From NCBI GenBank assembly GCA_951406725.2, contig OX597824.1, positions 74,834,001-74,898,000 of the forward strand: DNA of 64,000 nt, given 5' to 3'. The translations under genes and the position numbers were made by a program. The notes below the pieces were generated by a model. That model saw only the letters and a list, made by a program, of their open reading frames with translations, had not been told where the DNA came from and did not search any database. Position 1 is the first letter of the stretch. Each line of letters opens with the position of its first letter. This stretch comes from Octopus vulgaris. Its lineage: Eukaryota. Shown piece by piece: positions 43,300-56,784 of this stretch.

Positions 43300-45750
43300 G
43301 TGAGTCTCAACTGAATGGCTGGCTGTAGCCTTAAAAGCAAACAATCAATGATGTACCAAAACAGTACAAAAATAAATGGCAGTATGAACTCTGGAACCAC
43401 ATCAGATGAAAGAGTCTGGCCCGGCAGGGGCTCCAGAGCATCACAGTCTGGACCCGGCCGTCATCGTGCTACTGTGATAGAACCAAATAAAATATTGAAT
43501 ATTGGCTGTTGGAATGTACGGACGCTGCTTGACCGCTAGTCCTCAGAATGACCTGAACTAAGGATTGCTCTTGTTGCGAAGGAGCTTCGACGCTATGATC
43601 TTGACATCGTTGCTTTATCTGAGACAAGATTAGCTGGAGATGGTCATCTTATAGAATCTTGTGGAAAATATGCATTCTTTTGGAAAAGGAGGGATAACGA
43701 GTTTAGAGGAGAGGCTGGAGTGGCGGTTGCTGTTAAGACTACTCTTGTGGACAAGTTGGAAGAATTCCCAGTCGGGATTAACGAGCGTCTTATGTCCATG
43801 AGAATTCCTTTGGTTAAAGGAAATTACATGACCTTGGTGAGTGTGTATGCTCCAAGTATGTGCTCTACTGATGGTGAAAAAGTTCCTATCATGCTTTGAA
43901 GGGCATTATAAGAAATATCCCTCGGGCAGACAAAGTCATCTTACTGGGTGACTTTAATGGTAGAGTGGGTAAGGATTTTAACACATGGACTGTAATTGGA
44001 AAGCATGGTGTGGGAAAGTGTAATAGTAATGGTATGCTTCTGCTGCAGATGTGTGAGGAGCTGCACCTGTGTGTTACCAATACCATGTTTCAACAAAAGA
44101 ATAAGACCATATGGAGGCACCCTGCATCTAAAGAATGGCATATTCTGGATCACATCCTTGTTGGGGTGCGCGACAGACGAGATGTGCAGTGTGTTCGTGT
44201 TATTCGTGGGGCTGAGTGTTGGACTGACCACCACCTAGTACGTGCAAAAGGGAAATTAGTCACAAAACGTAAAATCCAGGCTGCAGGTATTACCCCGGCT
44301 AAAAGACTGAAGGTCGATCATCTTAGGTGTAATAGTGTGAAGATAACTTTACGAGAGGGAAAATGTTGGAGCCTATCTCAATACAAAATGGAGTGAAACA
44401 GGGGGATATTCTGGCACCGACCCTATTAGCCATATATTTTGCGATGGTTTTCTGTATTGCGTACATAAACTGCAGATACGGTGTTTACATCCATTATCGA
44501 ACCTCTGGCAGCTTATTTAATATCAGGCACTTTGCTGCAAAAACAAAGGCGTTTACCTATATCATAAGAGACCGTTTGTATGCAGATGATTGTGATATAG
44601 TAGCACACACAGAGATTGATATGCAACACATTTTGAATGCATTCTCTGATGCTTGCACTGCCTTGAGACAGTCAGTCTCAAGAAAACTGTTGTGATGTAC
44701 CAACCTGCCCCTGGTAAGCAGTATAGTGAACCAAATATCTATGTGTATGGTAAACGACTTGGTGTAGTTGATCAGTTTGTCTACTTGGGAAGCACTGTTG
44801 ATAGATATAGCAATTTGGATAATGAAATTCCATACAGAATTAGGAAAGCAAGTGATGCTTTCGGAAGGCTAGAAAGGCGCCTCTGGAGTCGGCGAGACAT
44901 ATGCAGGAAGACATAGATAAAGGTGTACAAGGCGTGTGTGCTCTCTTCTCTTCTTTATGCTTGCGAGACGTGGGTCACATATCGATACCACCTTAAACAA
45001 CTGGAGCGTTTCCATTAGATGTGTCTCAGACAGATCTATGGCATTAAGTGGGAGGATCACATCAGTGATCTTGAGATATTGGAAAGCTCTGGTGTGAAAG
45101 TATAGAAGCTTTTGTGTTGAAGCAGAGGCTCAGATGGAGTGGTCATCTGGTCAGGATGAAAGAATCAAGGATGCCAAAACAACTCTTCTATGGAGAGTTA
45201 GCTAAAGGAGAACGACCTCCACATAAACCCCCCCAAAAAGGTATAAAGACTTGTTGAAGGCTTCCTTAAGAGATGCTAGCATCTCTATGACACATGGGAG
45301 AGCATAGCTATTGACCGTAGCAGGTGGAGAAGGATTGTGTATAGGGGACAGCTACTTTTGATAAAGGGCATCACTGCTGCACTTCAAGATGGTAAGGGTC
45401 AGCCTATGATGCTGATATGCAGTGTCTGTGCAAGACCCCGCCTCAGTAAAGCTGGACTCAAGAGTCATCTTCGTAGTCATAAAGCGACAACCAGGCCGCT
45501 GGTGGTGGTGCTACACATCATACTAATCATATCTGTCAGGCATGTGGAAGGGAGTGTAAATCGACAGGAGGACTTAAACGACATGCAAAGGTACATGAAA
45601 CCCAGTTACAACTACAGCCGGCTATTGCCGGTAAAAGTTTTAACTGCCAATTCAGTACAAGACATTGAGGATTTTTAGCTGGGCTAAAAAGTCACGTTAA
45701 CAGTTAAGCCTCGTGCAATGGCCATATTCGATAACGAGGGGGCAACCAAC
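43300..45750 (+). mobile_element. RTE-clade LINE, internally deleted (APE, partial RT, three C2H2 fingers)
   Basis: IGCWNVRTL, DIVALSETRL, VSVYAP, ILLGDFNGRVG, WTDHHLV; GVKQGDILAP, LYADD, FVYLGS; CSVC..HLRSH; stops and frameshifts. Confidence 0.92.
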
Positions 45751-45865
45751 GCATGAATGTATGTATGTATGTGTGTGAATGTACGTTTGCTCGTGCGTGA
45801 GTGTGTGTGTGCGTGTGTAAATATATGTCTGTAAATATGTGTGTGTAAACATGTATATATGCACA

Positions 45866-46252
45866 TGCGCAGGTGTGACTGTGTGGTAAGAAGTTTGCTT
45901 CTCAACCTTCCGGGATCAGTCCTACTGCGTGGCACCATAGTCAACAAAGCTTTGTGAGTGGATTTGGTAGAAACCCTTCGTGAAAACACACACACATACA
46001 CACACACACACGCACACATATATGTATGTATGTGTCTTCGTGTCCATGTTTGTCTCCTTCCACCCTTCACAACCAGTGTTGGTGTGTGTACACCCCCGTA
46101 ACTTAGTGGTTTGGCAAAAGAGACCGATTGAATAAGTACCAGGCTTTAAAAAACAAATAATAACTGAAGTCGATTCATTCCACTAAAATTCTCCAAGGTG
46201 GTGCCCCAGCATGGGCGCAGTCTAATGACTGAAACAAGTGAAAGATAAGAAA
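45866..46252 (+). mobile_element. SINE family A
   Basis: Head GCGCAGGTGTGACTGTGTGGTAAG and tail ATGACTGAAACAAGTGAAAG. Confidence 0.75.
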
Positions 46253-46488
46253 CATGTATATTCGTGTGTGTGTGTGTGTGTGTGTATGTGTGTGCGTGTG
46301 CGTGCGCATATTTGTGTGTGTGTGTGTGTGTGTGCGCGCGTGCCCGCACGTGTGTGTACGAACTGCTGGGTTATTATGAAGCTATTTGCGTGACCACATG
46401 GTTCCGGTTTCAATCCCATCACACAGCACTTTGGACAAGTCTCTACTACTTTCGCCCAGGATCGACCAATGCATTCTGAACAATTTTT

Positions 46489-46804
46489 TTGTCGCCCTTT
46501 CCAAGCCTAGCCAGGCTCATGAGCCTGGTTTCCCGGTTTCTGTGGTGTATGTGCCCCCCCCCCCCCTGCCACCAGCTGGACGGGACGCCAGTCCATCGCA
46601 GCGTCACTCAAGAAATAGGAAGAAAGCGTGTGAGAAAGTTGTGGCGAAAGAGTACAACAGGGGTCACCACCACCCCCTACCGGAGGCTCGTGGAGCTTTT
46701 AGATGTTTTCGCTCAATAAACACACATCACGCCCGGTCTGGGAATCGAAACCGCGATCCTCCGACCGCGAGTCCGCTGCCCTAATCACTGGGCCATTGCG
46801 CCTC
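46489..46804 (-). mobile_element. SINE family C with alternative tail, inserted in a decayed family A copy
   Basis: Family C head; approximate TSD TCTGAACAA at ~46476 and 46805. Confidence 0.8.
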
Positions 46805-47337
46805 TCTGAACAAATTTAGTAGACGGAAAATGTATAGATACTCGGTGTGTATGTGTATGTACACACACACACACACATACACACATACATGCACATACAT
46901 ATCTATGCAACACTTGTTATTAAAAGCGAAGATTTAAAGATCACCTCTTTGGGAAATTAGAACGTGGTTTCAAATTTCATAGACGGTACGAAATGATATA
47001 CTCTGTCATTGTTTCACATTTAAATTTGTTTATATATTCTAAATACTCTGGTTTTATGCCCTATAAAATGGACCGTTAATTTTTACGATGTTTGAATATA
47101 AGGATAATATAAATATTGATATAGTCTGATTCATCATTATATAAATATTAATAGTCCAATTCATAGAGCATAATTCCTGAATAATTAATGAATATAAACA
47201 ATTGTAAATTTGGAAATATTCATGAATAAATTATGTTACCTTCAATGATATTTGAAACCACATGCTGTCTTTTCGCTATGAATTTTAAATTAAGAATTTT
47301 AACAACTTCAGTGTCTAATAGATATATATTGCTTTTG

Positions 47338-48236
47338 AGGCGGCGAGCTGGCTGAAACGTTAGCACGCCGGGCGAAATGCTTAGCGGTATTTCGTCTGCC
47401 GTTACGTTCTGAGTTCAAATTCCGCCGAGGTCGACTTTGCCTTTCATCCTTTCGGGGTCGATAAATTAAGTACCAGTTACGCACTGGGGTCGATGTAATC
47501 GACTTAATCCCTTTGTCTGTCCTTGTTTGTCCCCTCTATGTTTAGCCCCTTGTGGGTAGTAAAGAAATATATATTGCTTTTGAGGCGGCGAGCTGGCTGA
47601 AACGTTAGCACGCCGGGCGAAATGCTTAGCGGTATTTCGTCTGCCGTTACGTTCTGAGTTCAAATTCCGCCGAGGTCGACTTTGCCTTTCATCCTTTCGG
47701 GGTCGATTAAATAAGAACCAGCTACGCACTGGGGTCGATATAATCGACTTAATCCGTTTGTCTGTCCTAGTTTGTCCTCTCTGTGTTTAGTACATTGTGG
47801 ATAGTAAAGAAATAGGTATTTCGTCTGCCGTTCTGAGTTCAAATTCCGCCGTGGTCGACTTTGCCTTTCAATTTTTCGGGGTCGATAAATTAAGTACCAG
47901 TTACGCACTGGGGTCGATATAATCAACTTAATCCGTTTGTCTGTAATTGTTTGTCCTCTTTGTGTTTAGCCCCTTGTGGGTAGTAAAGAAATAGGTCGAT
48001 AAATTAAGTACCAGTTGCTTACTGGAGCCGATCTAATCGAATGGCCCCCTACCCCAAAATTTCGGACCTTGTGCCTGGAGTAGAAAAGAACAGTTCGTAT
48101 GCCGGGCAAAATGTTTAGCAGCTTTTCGTCTGTCTTTACATTCTGAGTTCAAACTCCGCTGAGATCGACTTCGCCTTACATTCGCTAGGGGTTCGATAAA
48201 ACAAGTACCAGCTCAGTACTGGGGTCAATGTAATCG

Positions 48237-48240
<4 letters not shown>
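47338..48240 (+). mobile_element. SINE family B tandem array
   Basis: 245-bp near-identical duplication including 5' flank, then further units. Confidence 0.88.
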
Positions 48241-48276
<36 letters not shown>

Positions 48277-48277
48277 T

Positions 48278-48866
48278 GGTGACGAAAAATGTATCTTCTA
48301 TCGTAAACAGTGATTTGGTAAAAGGGAAAAAGAGAACTTCATGGAAAAAGGTTCTTCTCTCTATCCGGTGAGATTGCAAAGGAGTAATTCATTTTGAATT
48401 GTTACGACCTAATGCAACAATGAATGATCAGTCTACTGTCAGCAAAATTAGAGCGTTTGAACCAAGCTTTGAAGAAAAAAAGACCCGCTTTAGTGAATCG
48501 AAAAGGAGTGATGTTTTATCAGGACAATGCGCGACCCCACACTGCAAAGATCACATCACAGAAGATCGAAGAGCTTGGTTGAGAAAAACTTCCTCATCCA
48601 CCTCATTCTCCCGACCTTACTCCTTCAGACTACCATTTGTTTCGTAGTTTACAGAATCATTTGGGGGGACATAACTTTCGCAAGCCAGGAGGAGGTCGAA
48701 ATTGACCTTTCAGAGTTCTTCGCTTTGGAACAAAAATAGTTTTACATTGATGGGATTAAAAAGCTTGTAAATAGATGAAAGGAAGTCATAGATAATCAGG
48801 GAAAGTACATTGATGATTAAATTTCAATTAAATATAACAGTTGATCATTTGTTTTCTTTATTCATT
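48278..48866 (+). mobile_element. Mariner (DD34D-type) transposase 3' fragment
   Basis: GVIHFELL, KRPALVNRKGVMFYQDNARPH, HPPHSPDLTPSDYHLFRSLQNHL. Confidence 0.85.
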
Positions 48867-49228
48867 ATTCCAATGCTAGAGAAGTCAAAGATTAGAGACC
48901 AGACTAACATGGAACACTTCTCAAAAGTAAAAAAGTGGTTTGTGTAGTTCAGCTTCCATATTCTAGGAAAAAGTGAAGTTACAGAAGCATCGATAAGAAT
49001 TCAAAACCAAGACCTGATAGAAGATGACCTTCTCCCAGAGAAGCGTTCCATAAGAAAGGAGGAAGAGAAGACGCTATAAAAATACATGGAGGCGGGATAG
49101 CGAGGCAAGCGCTGCAAAAACAGAAGCTGAAAAAGACAACTTTAGAGTCGAGAACAGTAAAGAAAAGTAATCGATGGCCTCTGCTCCAAAGGGATTAAAG
49201 AGTTTCAGTTATTACGACTATTAGGCTT

Positions 49229-49281
49229 TCATCATCATCATCATCATCATCATCACCATCACCATCATCATCACCATCATC

Positions 49282-49334
<53 letters not shown>

Positions 49335-49362
49335 CATCATCACCATCACCATCATCATCATC

Positions 49363-49408
<46 letters not shown>

Positions 49409-49537
49409 CCATCATCACCATCATCATCACCATCATCACCATCATCATCATCACCATCATCACCATCATCACCATCATCACCATCACCACAACCACCAAC
49501 CACCACCACCACCATCACCACCACCATCATCATCATC
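49229..49537 (+). repeat. (CAT/CAC)n microsatellite
   Basis: Direct inspection. Confidence 0.95.
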
Positions 49538-50521
49538 GTCTCTCTCTCTCTCCCCCTCCCTCGCCCCTCCCCTCCGCCTTCCCCCTCTCTCTCTCACTCA
49601 CTCACTCACTCACTCACTCTCTCTCTTATAAATCTTCTCTGTTTTACTACAGAAAGGGGACATTCGGATTCAGGAATTTTTTTTCTTCGTGAATAAACCC
49701 GGAATGATTTTTAGGTTGTGTGTACAAATTTTGGGAAAATATCCTTTGAAAAACGATGACGTTGCTTCAAGACAAAACAAATAACGACATACATCCATAC
49801 ACACGCGCATACACACTCATGTATTATGTATGTATGTATGTATGTATGTATGCATGTACGTATCATTGTGTGTGCGTATAAATATGTACGTATGCGCGTG
49901 GGTATATAAAATGTTTGTACGATACAAGCCAAGTTGTAACGACATTATAAAGGTGTCACTGAAGCTATAAATTACACCGTTGTGTGTGTATATGAATGTA
50001 TATGTGAGAGAGAGAGAACAGTGTGTGTGTCGTACAGTGTGTATATGTGTGTGCCTGTGTGAGAGAGAAATGTAGGTGCGTATGCGTGTGTGTGTCTATA
50101 GACGAGGACTCATGGCGCTAGCTAAATAGATTACCATCTTTCATTGGCATTTTCTACCTAAGATTTATCATTATTATTCATTTTACCGCCGTATTTACGT
50201 AGCTCAGTTAATTTATGTCGCAAATAAATCACTGAATAAGAGCTTCATTGATAATAAACCTGCTCTTGTCATTATTCTTGATCATGATTTATAAGTAAAA
50301 TCGTTTGCATTATTTTCCTTCCTTCCTGTATGTTAGGAGTTGAATGTTTTTACTTTGTTTTTATTGCCTTGTTTGGAAGAATCAGCAAACCGCGGCGGTC
50401 AAAAATATTCGCTTGTGTTGTACTATCTTTTATCTGTTATCTTTTATTTATTTCAGTCAAAAGTCAGGCGCCCATGCTAAGGCGCCGCCTTGAACGGTTT
50501 TAGTCGAAAAAATCAACAGCA

Positions 50522-50581
<60 letters not shown>

Positions 50582-50587
50582 TCTCTT

Positions 50588-51389
50588 TTTCTCTCTTTTA
50601 CTTGTTTCAGTCATTTGACTGCGGCCATGCTGGAGCACCGCCTTTAGTCGAGCAACTCGACCCCAGGACTTATTCTTTTTGTAAGCCCAGTACTTATTCT
50701 ATCGGTCTCTTTTTGCCGAACCGCTAGGTGACGGGGACGTGAACACACCAGCATCGGTTGTCAAGCAATGCTAGAGAACAAACACAGACACACACACACA
50801 CACATATATATATATACATATATACGACAGGTTTCTTTCAGTTTCCGTCTACCAAATCCACTCACAAGGCATTGGTCGGCCCGGGGCTATAGCAGAAGAC
50901 ACTTGCCCAAGATGCCACGCAGTGGGACTGAACCCGGAACCATGTGGTTGGTTAGCAAGCTACTTACCACACAGCCACATATATTGTTTTATTATTTTAT
51001 TTTTTTACTTGTTTCACTCATTTGACTGCGGCCATGCTGGAGTACCGCCTTAAAGGGTGTCAGTTGAAGAAATCGACCCCAGGGTTTATTCTTTATAAGC
51101 TTGGTGCTTATTCAATATACTCTTTTGCCGAAACGTTAAGTTGCGGGAACATAAACACACCAGCATCGGTTGTCAAGTGATGGTGAAGAGGGGAGGACAA
51201 ATAGAGTAACACACACACAATACACACAAATATATACATATATATACAACGGGCTTCTTCCAGTTTCTCTCTACCAAATCCACTCACAAGGCTTTGGCTG
51301 GCCCGAGACTATAGTAGAAGACACTTGCCCAAGGTACACGGAACCATGTGGTTGGAAAGCAAACATCTTACCATACAACCACGCCTGCG

Positions 51390-51392
<3 letters not shown>
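50588..51392 (-). mobile_element. Two tandem SINE family A copies
   Basis: 50588-50978 is highly similar to 186-587; 51003-51392 is more diverged. Confidence 0.85.
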
Positions 51393-51438
<46 letters not shown>

Positions 51439-51584
51439 ATGATGATGGCGATGATGGTGATCATGATGATGGTGGTGATGGTGATAATGGTGATGATGGT
51501 GATGATGGTATGATGGTGATGATGATGATGATGACGACGACGACGGCGATGATGATGATGATGATGATGATGATGATAATGATT

Positions 51585-51634
<50 letters not shown>

Positions 51635-51673
51635 AATGATGATGATTGTTTTATATATATATATAACATCAGA

Positions 51674-52366
51674 GTAATAAAAACTTTTTAGAAATTTTTA
51701 CTATCAGTGGCCTAGCGTGTAAAAAGAAAAAAAGTCGTCAATAGACTATATATTATTCATATAAATACAGTGTACATTTAAACACGCAAGAGGTATTCGT
51801 CATAGGATTCTTTGCACGCTAGAAGGAACAGCTAAAATCCAAACCGCTATTAGGGATAAACTTCGAAGGGAATGAAAAATAAAAACATTTACCATCGATC
51901 TCCTGGACCATGGTCTCAGACATTTTTTAGCAAATAAAAATATTTGCTAGGCAAAGTCTTCATCAGCAGGTACGCCTAGATTAAACATATAAGTACGAGG
52001 CAATCCAACATGTGCCCTGTGCTTATACATAATTTTTCAAATCCACCACGCAAGCGCAGTTTTTGTTGGCAGCAAATAAAATAATGCCGACGTATCTACG
52101 AAAATTTTCCAGAAAAAATTATCAATAATTAATAATAGCAAGGTAATAAAAAAATTTAGACATTTTTACTACCAGTGGCCTACCGTGCAAGGAATCTTAT
52201 GACGGATACCTCTTATGTGTTTAAATGTAAACTGTATTTATAATATATAGTCTACTGACAAATATTTTTTACTGGTAGTAAAAATTTCTAAAAATTTTTT
52301 ATTACCTTGATATTATTAATTATTGATAATTTTTTCAAGAAAATTTTCGAAGATACGCTGGCATTA
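51674..52366. repeat. Fold-back / MITE-like element with nested inverted repeats
   Basis: 51737-51821 inverted at ~52180-52260; 52083-52176 inverted at ~52270-52366. Confidence 0.7.
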
Positions 52367-53128
52367 ATTACCTGATTCCGTAAACCGCTGGAAATGCGCC
52401 ATACGACATTTGTTGCTTTTCTTCTGAGTTCAAATCCCGCTGAGATCAACTTCGCCGTTTATTATTATTATTTTTTTTTTATTATACGACAAGATAAAGT
52501 ACCAGTAAAGTACAAGGGTTAGTGGTATCAGTTAACCTTCTCCCTTCAAATTTGCTGTCCTTGTGTCAAATCCAGAAGAAAATTGGTTTTTAAAAATCGC
52601 TCGGTTGTTAAAAGGTATTCCCAGTGAAATGTAGTTGTTGAATATACTCCACACCTTTCGTCGATGCGTTATGGTTTGGTGTGTCTTTAGAAATCGGTAT
52701 TATTGCTTAATGAAACGGGGGAAATGCGTTGTGGTATTTTCTGTTCCGGTTGTTTATATTTTGAGTTCGAATCCAGCAGTGATCAACTTTGTCCTTTTTG
52801 TTCTTTCTATGTCGATAAGGTAAAGGACCAAAGGATATCGGGGGAAATGCAATCAACTGTTCTTTCACCGCAAAAAAATTTCTGACTCTGTGAACATGTT
52901 AGAGTTGGAGGTGATAATGATGATGATGATGATGATGAAGAGAAGGAGGAGGAGGAGGAAAAGGATGATAATGATGATGATGTTTGTTATTCATAGTTTC
53001 AAAAAATTCATAAGCCGTGGCGAACTTGTTGAAACGTCCGCTCGTCAGATACAATACGTTGTAGCATATGTTCTGACTCTATTCGTTCGAAGCCCGTCCA
53101 GGTCAGCTTTGCCTTTCGTTCTTCTAAG

Positions 53129-53896
53129 CAGCGGTTTTTAACCGGGGTCGATATGGCTCTTGAGGGTCCATACAAGATTTTTTGGGGATCCATGCAACGA
53201 AATAGTAAATCAGGGATCCACAATAGTCTTTTATGGATTCCTGAAATTTTTTTTGCTTTAGATTTTTTTATTGCAAGAAGCAGCATGGTTTCTTTCTCTA
53301 ACATTTTAAATGGTTCAACCTACGCAAGTTAACGTGTAAAAAAAACAAAATAGTAATATTCTCTGCTACTCTAGGCACAAGACCCGAAATTTTGGGGGAG
53401 GGGGCTAGTCGATTAGATCGACCCCGGTACGAAGCTTGTACTTAATTTATCGACCCCCGAAAGGATGAAAGGCAAAGTCGACCTCGGCGGAATTTGAATT
53501 TAGAACGTAAAGACAGACGTAATATCTATTTCTATTTCTTTACTACCCACAAGGGGCTAAACACAGAGGGGACAAACAAGGACAGACAAACGGATTAAGT
53601 CGATTGTATCGACCCCAGTGCGTAACTGGTTCTTAATTTATCGACCCCGAAAGGATGAAAGGTAAAGTCGACCTCGGCGGAATTTGAACTCAGAACGTAA
53701 AGACAGACGTAATATCGCTAAGTATTTCGACCGGCGTGCTAACGTTTCTGTCAGCTCGCCACCTTGAATTATTAATATTGAAAGAAGTTTCTATATAACT
53801 AGCTTTTTAAAAATCGAATTGCTATGAAGGTCTACCAGAATAAAATAGTCATCAAAGGGGTCCAGAGATAAAAAAAAAAATGCTTAAGAATCCCTG
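53129..53896. mobile_element. hAT-type MITE interrupted by SINE B (~53367-53765, minus)
   Basis: Termini CAGCGGTTTTTAACC / GCTTAAGAATCCCTG; 8-bp TSD CTTCTAAG vs CTTTTAAG (7/8 match). Confidence 0.7.
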
Positions 53897-54221
53897 CTTT
53901 TAAGATTTGGTAAGTAAGCAATGTAGGAGCGATGGATGTGTTATTTACTGCGAGAACGTCAGAGTGGTGGATTTCTTGTGGTAGTGCTGCCCTAAGTTCA
54001 AATCTCGCTTTGGGCTATTTGGGTTGTAGACTTAATCCGTCGCACTCAGATGGCTTTAGTGGAAGCCATCTGTTGCAATCGTTCGGGCTAGGTTTCCAGT
54101 TTGCGGATCTCTTCCTTACCCCTTCCCTTCCCATTGGTTACAGGGACCCTTTAAAAGGTCATGGGCCTTTTCATCGCTCCCGAACAAAAAAAAAAAAATA
54201 AAGGAAGAAGAAAAAAGAACT

Positions 54222-54900
54222 AGATGCGTCTTAAAGAACATGCGAGCTGCAAGATGCAGGAGGAAAGAGTGAGAGAAAGTTGTGGCGAAAGACTCAGCAG
54301 AAGTTCGCCATTACCTTCTGCCGGAACCGTGTGGAGCTTAGGTGTTTCGCTCATTAACACACACATCCCCCGGTCTGAGATTCGAACCCGCGATCCCTCG
54401 ACCGCGAGTCCGCTGCCACTAATGAGAGAAAGTTGTGGCGAAAGACTCAGCAGAAGTTCGCCATTACCTTCTGCCGGAACCGTGTGGAGCTTAGGTGTTT
54501 CGCTCATTAACACACACATCCCCCGGTCTGAGATTCGAACCCGCGATCCCTCGACCGCGAGTCCGCTGCCACTAATGAGAGAAAGTTGTGGCGAAAGACT
54601 CAGCAGAAGTTCGCCATTACCTTCTGCCGGAGCCGTGTGGAGCTTAGGTGTTTCGCTCATTAACACACACATCCCCCAGTCTGAGATTCGAACCCGCGAT
54701 CCCTCGACCGCGAGACCGCTGCCACTAGTGAGAGAAAGTTGTGGCGAAAGACTCAGCAGAAGTTCACCATTACCTTCTGCCGGAGCCGTGTGGAGCTTAG
54801 GTGTTTCGCTCATTAACACACACATCCCCCGGTCTGAGATTCGAACCCGCGATATCTCGACCGCGAGTCCGCTGCTCTAACCACTAGGCCATGTGCCTCC
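54222..54900 (-). mobile_element. SINE family C with internal 153-bp unit repeated 4x
   Basis: Units start at ~54270, 54423, 54576 and 54729; single head at ~54880-54900. Confidence 0.9.
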
Positions 54901-55389
54901 AAATGACTATAGTTTGATATTATTTGATAGACTTAGCTTCCATATCACTGATATATTTTGTTCATTAATGTCTAAGCCAGTTCAATTCTTACTTCATATG
55001 CTAAAATGATAAGGCAGATAAAGAACGTTTCTTGGAAGCAGCATTCACCAGGCGGTGTATGCTGCAGAAACTTACTATGATTAACGGGAAAAAAATCATA
55101 GTAGACTTCAGCTTGTTCAACAAACACTATTGGCGAAGAAAAGAACAAATAGTATTTCAAGCATTTCTATGAGAACCACTACATAATAAAAGAAGAAAAA
55201 GCAGACAATAGGTAAAAAAAAAAAAATTGCTGGAGGATAAAACTGAAATATAAATAAGTAAACCCTGCATTTCTGAGATGCTGGAGGATAGGGAAGCGTT
55301 GGGATTGGAATGCATTCGACATGATGTCACACACATATACGTATACATGTATGTATGTATATATTTTAGATGCGTATACATATACATAC

Positions 55390-55471
<82 letters not shown>

Positions 55472-55582
55472 GTATATGAATTAGAAAAAAACACCTTTTA
55501 TCAATTTAATAATGAAAAAAATAAATAATACCATCTAGAAAATTACATATTATAGAAAGATTAAATATAAGATAAAACATAT

Positions 55583-55684
<102 letters not shown>

Positions 55685-55698
55685 CATACATACATACA

Positions 55699-55779
<81 letters not shown>

Positions 55780-55780
55780 T

Positions 55781-56510
55781 TAGGGTGCGTAAGGTATTTG
55801 AGGACATATATTTTGGGGGTCAGTGCTGCATTTTTTGCTAACTCTGTATAATCTTTGTTTCAGAAAATAATAATGCATGACCCTCAGCTTACTCAAGAAA
55901 TGAATAGGCATGCTGCTATTTTGGTTATAAAGGCTGAGCATAGCGATTTAGAAATATCTCGATTTTTAAAAGTTGCCAGATCTTTCGTCTACAAAGTTTA
56001 TAAAGAGCTAGAGACTGAAGATGGAAATGTATCACTAGTATCAAAGCATAAATAGCATTCTAAACTCTCTGAAATCATCAGAACACCTGAATATATCCAG
56101 CAAGTTCAACAGACCATTGATATTAATTTCAGAAAGCCCATGAGGCCAATTGCAAAATATCTCTATGTGTTAGAGGGAACTGTCAGAAATGTTGTCCACG
56201 AAGACATCACATATATGTCTTATATGACGAGGAAAGGTCAATTTGTCAGAAAAACCAAAAGAAAATCATTACATCAGATCTTAAACAAACTGAAAAAGCC
56301 AGCAGACGATTTGATTTGGTTTTTCTTAAACGGGAAAAACTTCGACCTAGATCAAAATATCAACAGAAGAAATGATAGATGGTTATATGCAGACCCTTCT
56401 GAAGTTCCAAGTGTTATGCATGCAAAATTTCCTGCAGCTGTCATTGTTTTAGGGCATATGTGTTTCAGTAAGACTCTACACTCTCACATATGGCTCTAGT
56501 AACACAGGAA
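55781..56510 (+). mobile_element. maT/DD37D-like transposon, decayed and internally deleted
   Basis: TVRNVVHEDI.Y.SY, WFF...KNF, NRRNDRWL, MHAKFPAAVIVLG, then YVFQ*DS; same family as 3775-4350. Confidence 0.75.
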
Positions 56511-56522
56511 TGGTCTTATATG

Positions 56523-56564
56523 TATCCAATATTTCGGGACATACAAGTCCCTTCTTCAGGGTTA
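56523..56564 (-). ncRNA. Putative minimal hammerhead ribozyme (Penelope-type)
   Basis: Minus strand TAACC-CTGAAGA-A-GGGAC-TTGTAT-GTCCC-GAAA-TA-TT-GGATA: intact core boxes, 5-bp stem II, palindromic mini stem III. Confidence 0.6.
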
Positions 56565-56748
56565 AAAGGGAACTGTCCTTGGTAAAATGCTTCTTGTCGG
56601 AGATAAAATATTGGATACATATAAGACCAAACATTACCAGATAACTTACTTTTAGTTTACGTTACCTCATCTTGAAATCTCTTCGCATTGTTTAGCCTTT
56701 TACATCTTTCAACATTATGTTCTATATACAATGCTTCAAGCAAACTAT

Positions 56749-56783
<35 letters not shown>

Positions 56784-56784
<1 letters not shown>

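Noticed and set aside
54220-54880. 201/218-aa repeat proteins on both strands
   Set aside because: By-product of a 153-bp (3n) SINE-derived tandem unit
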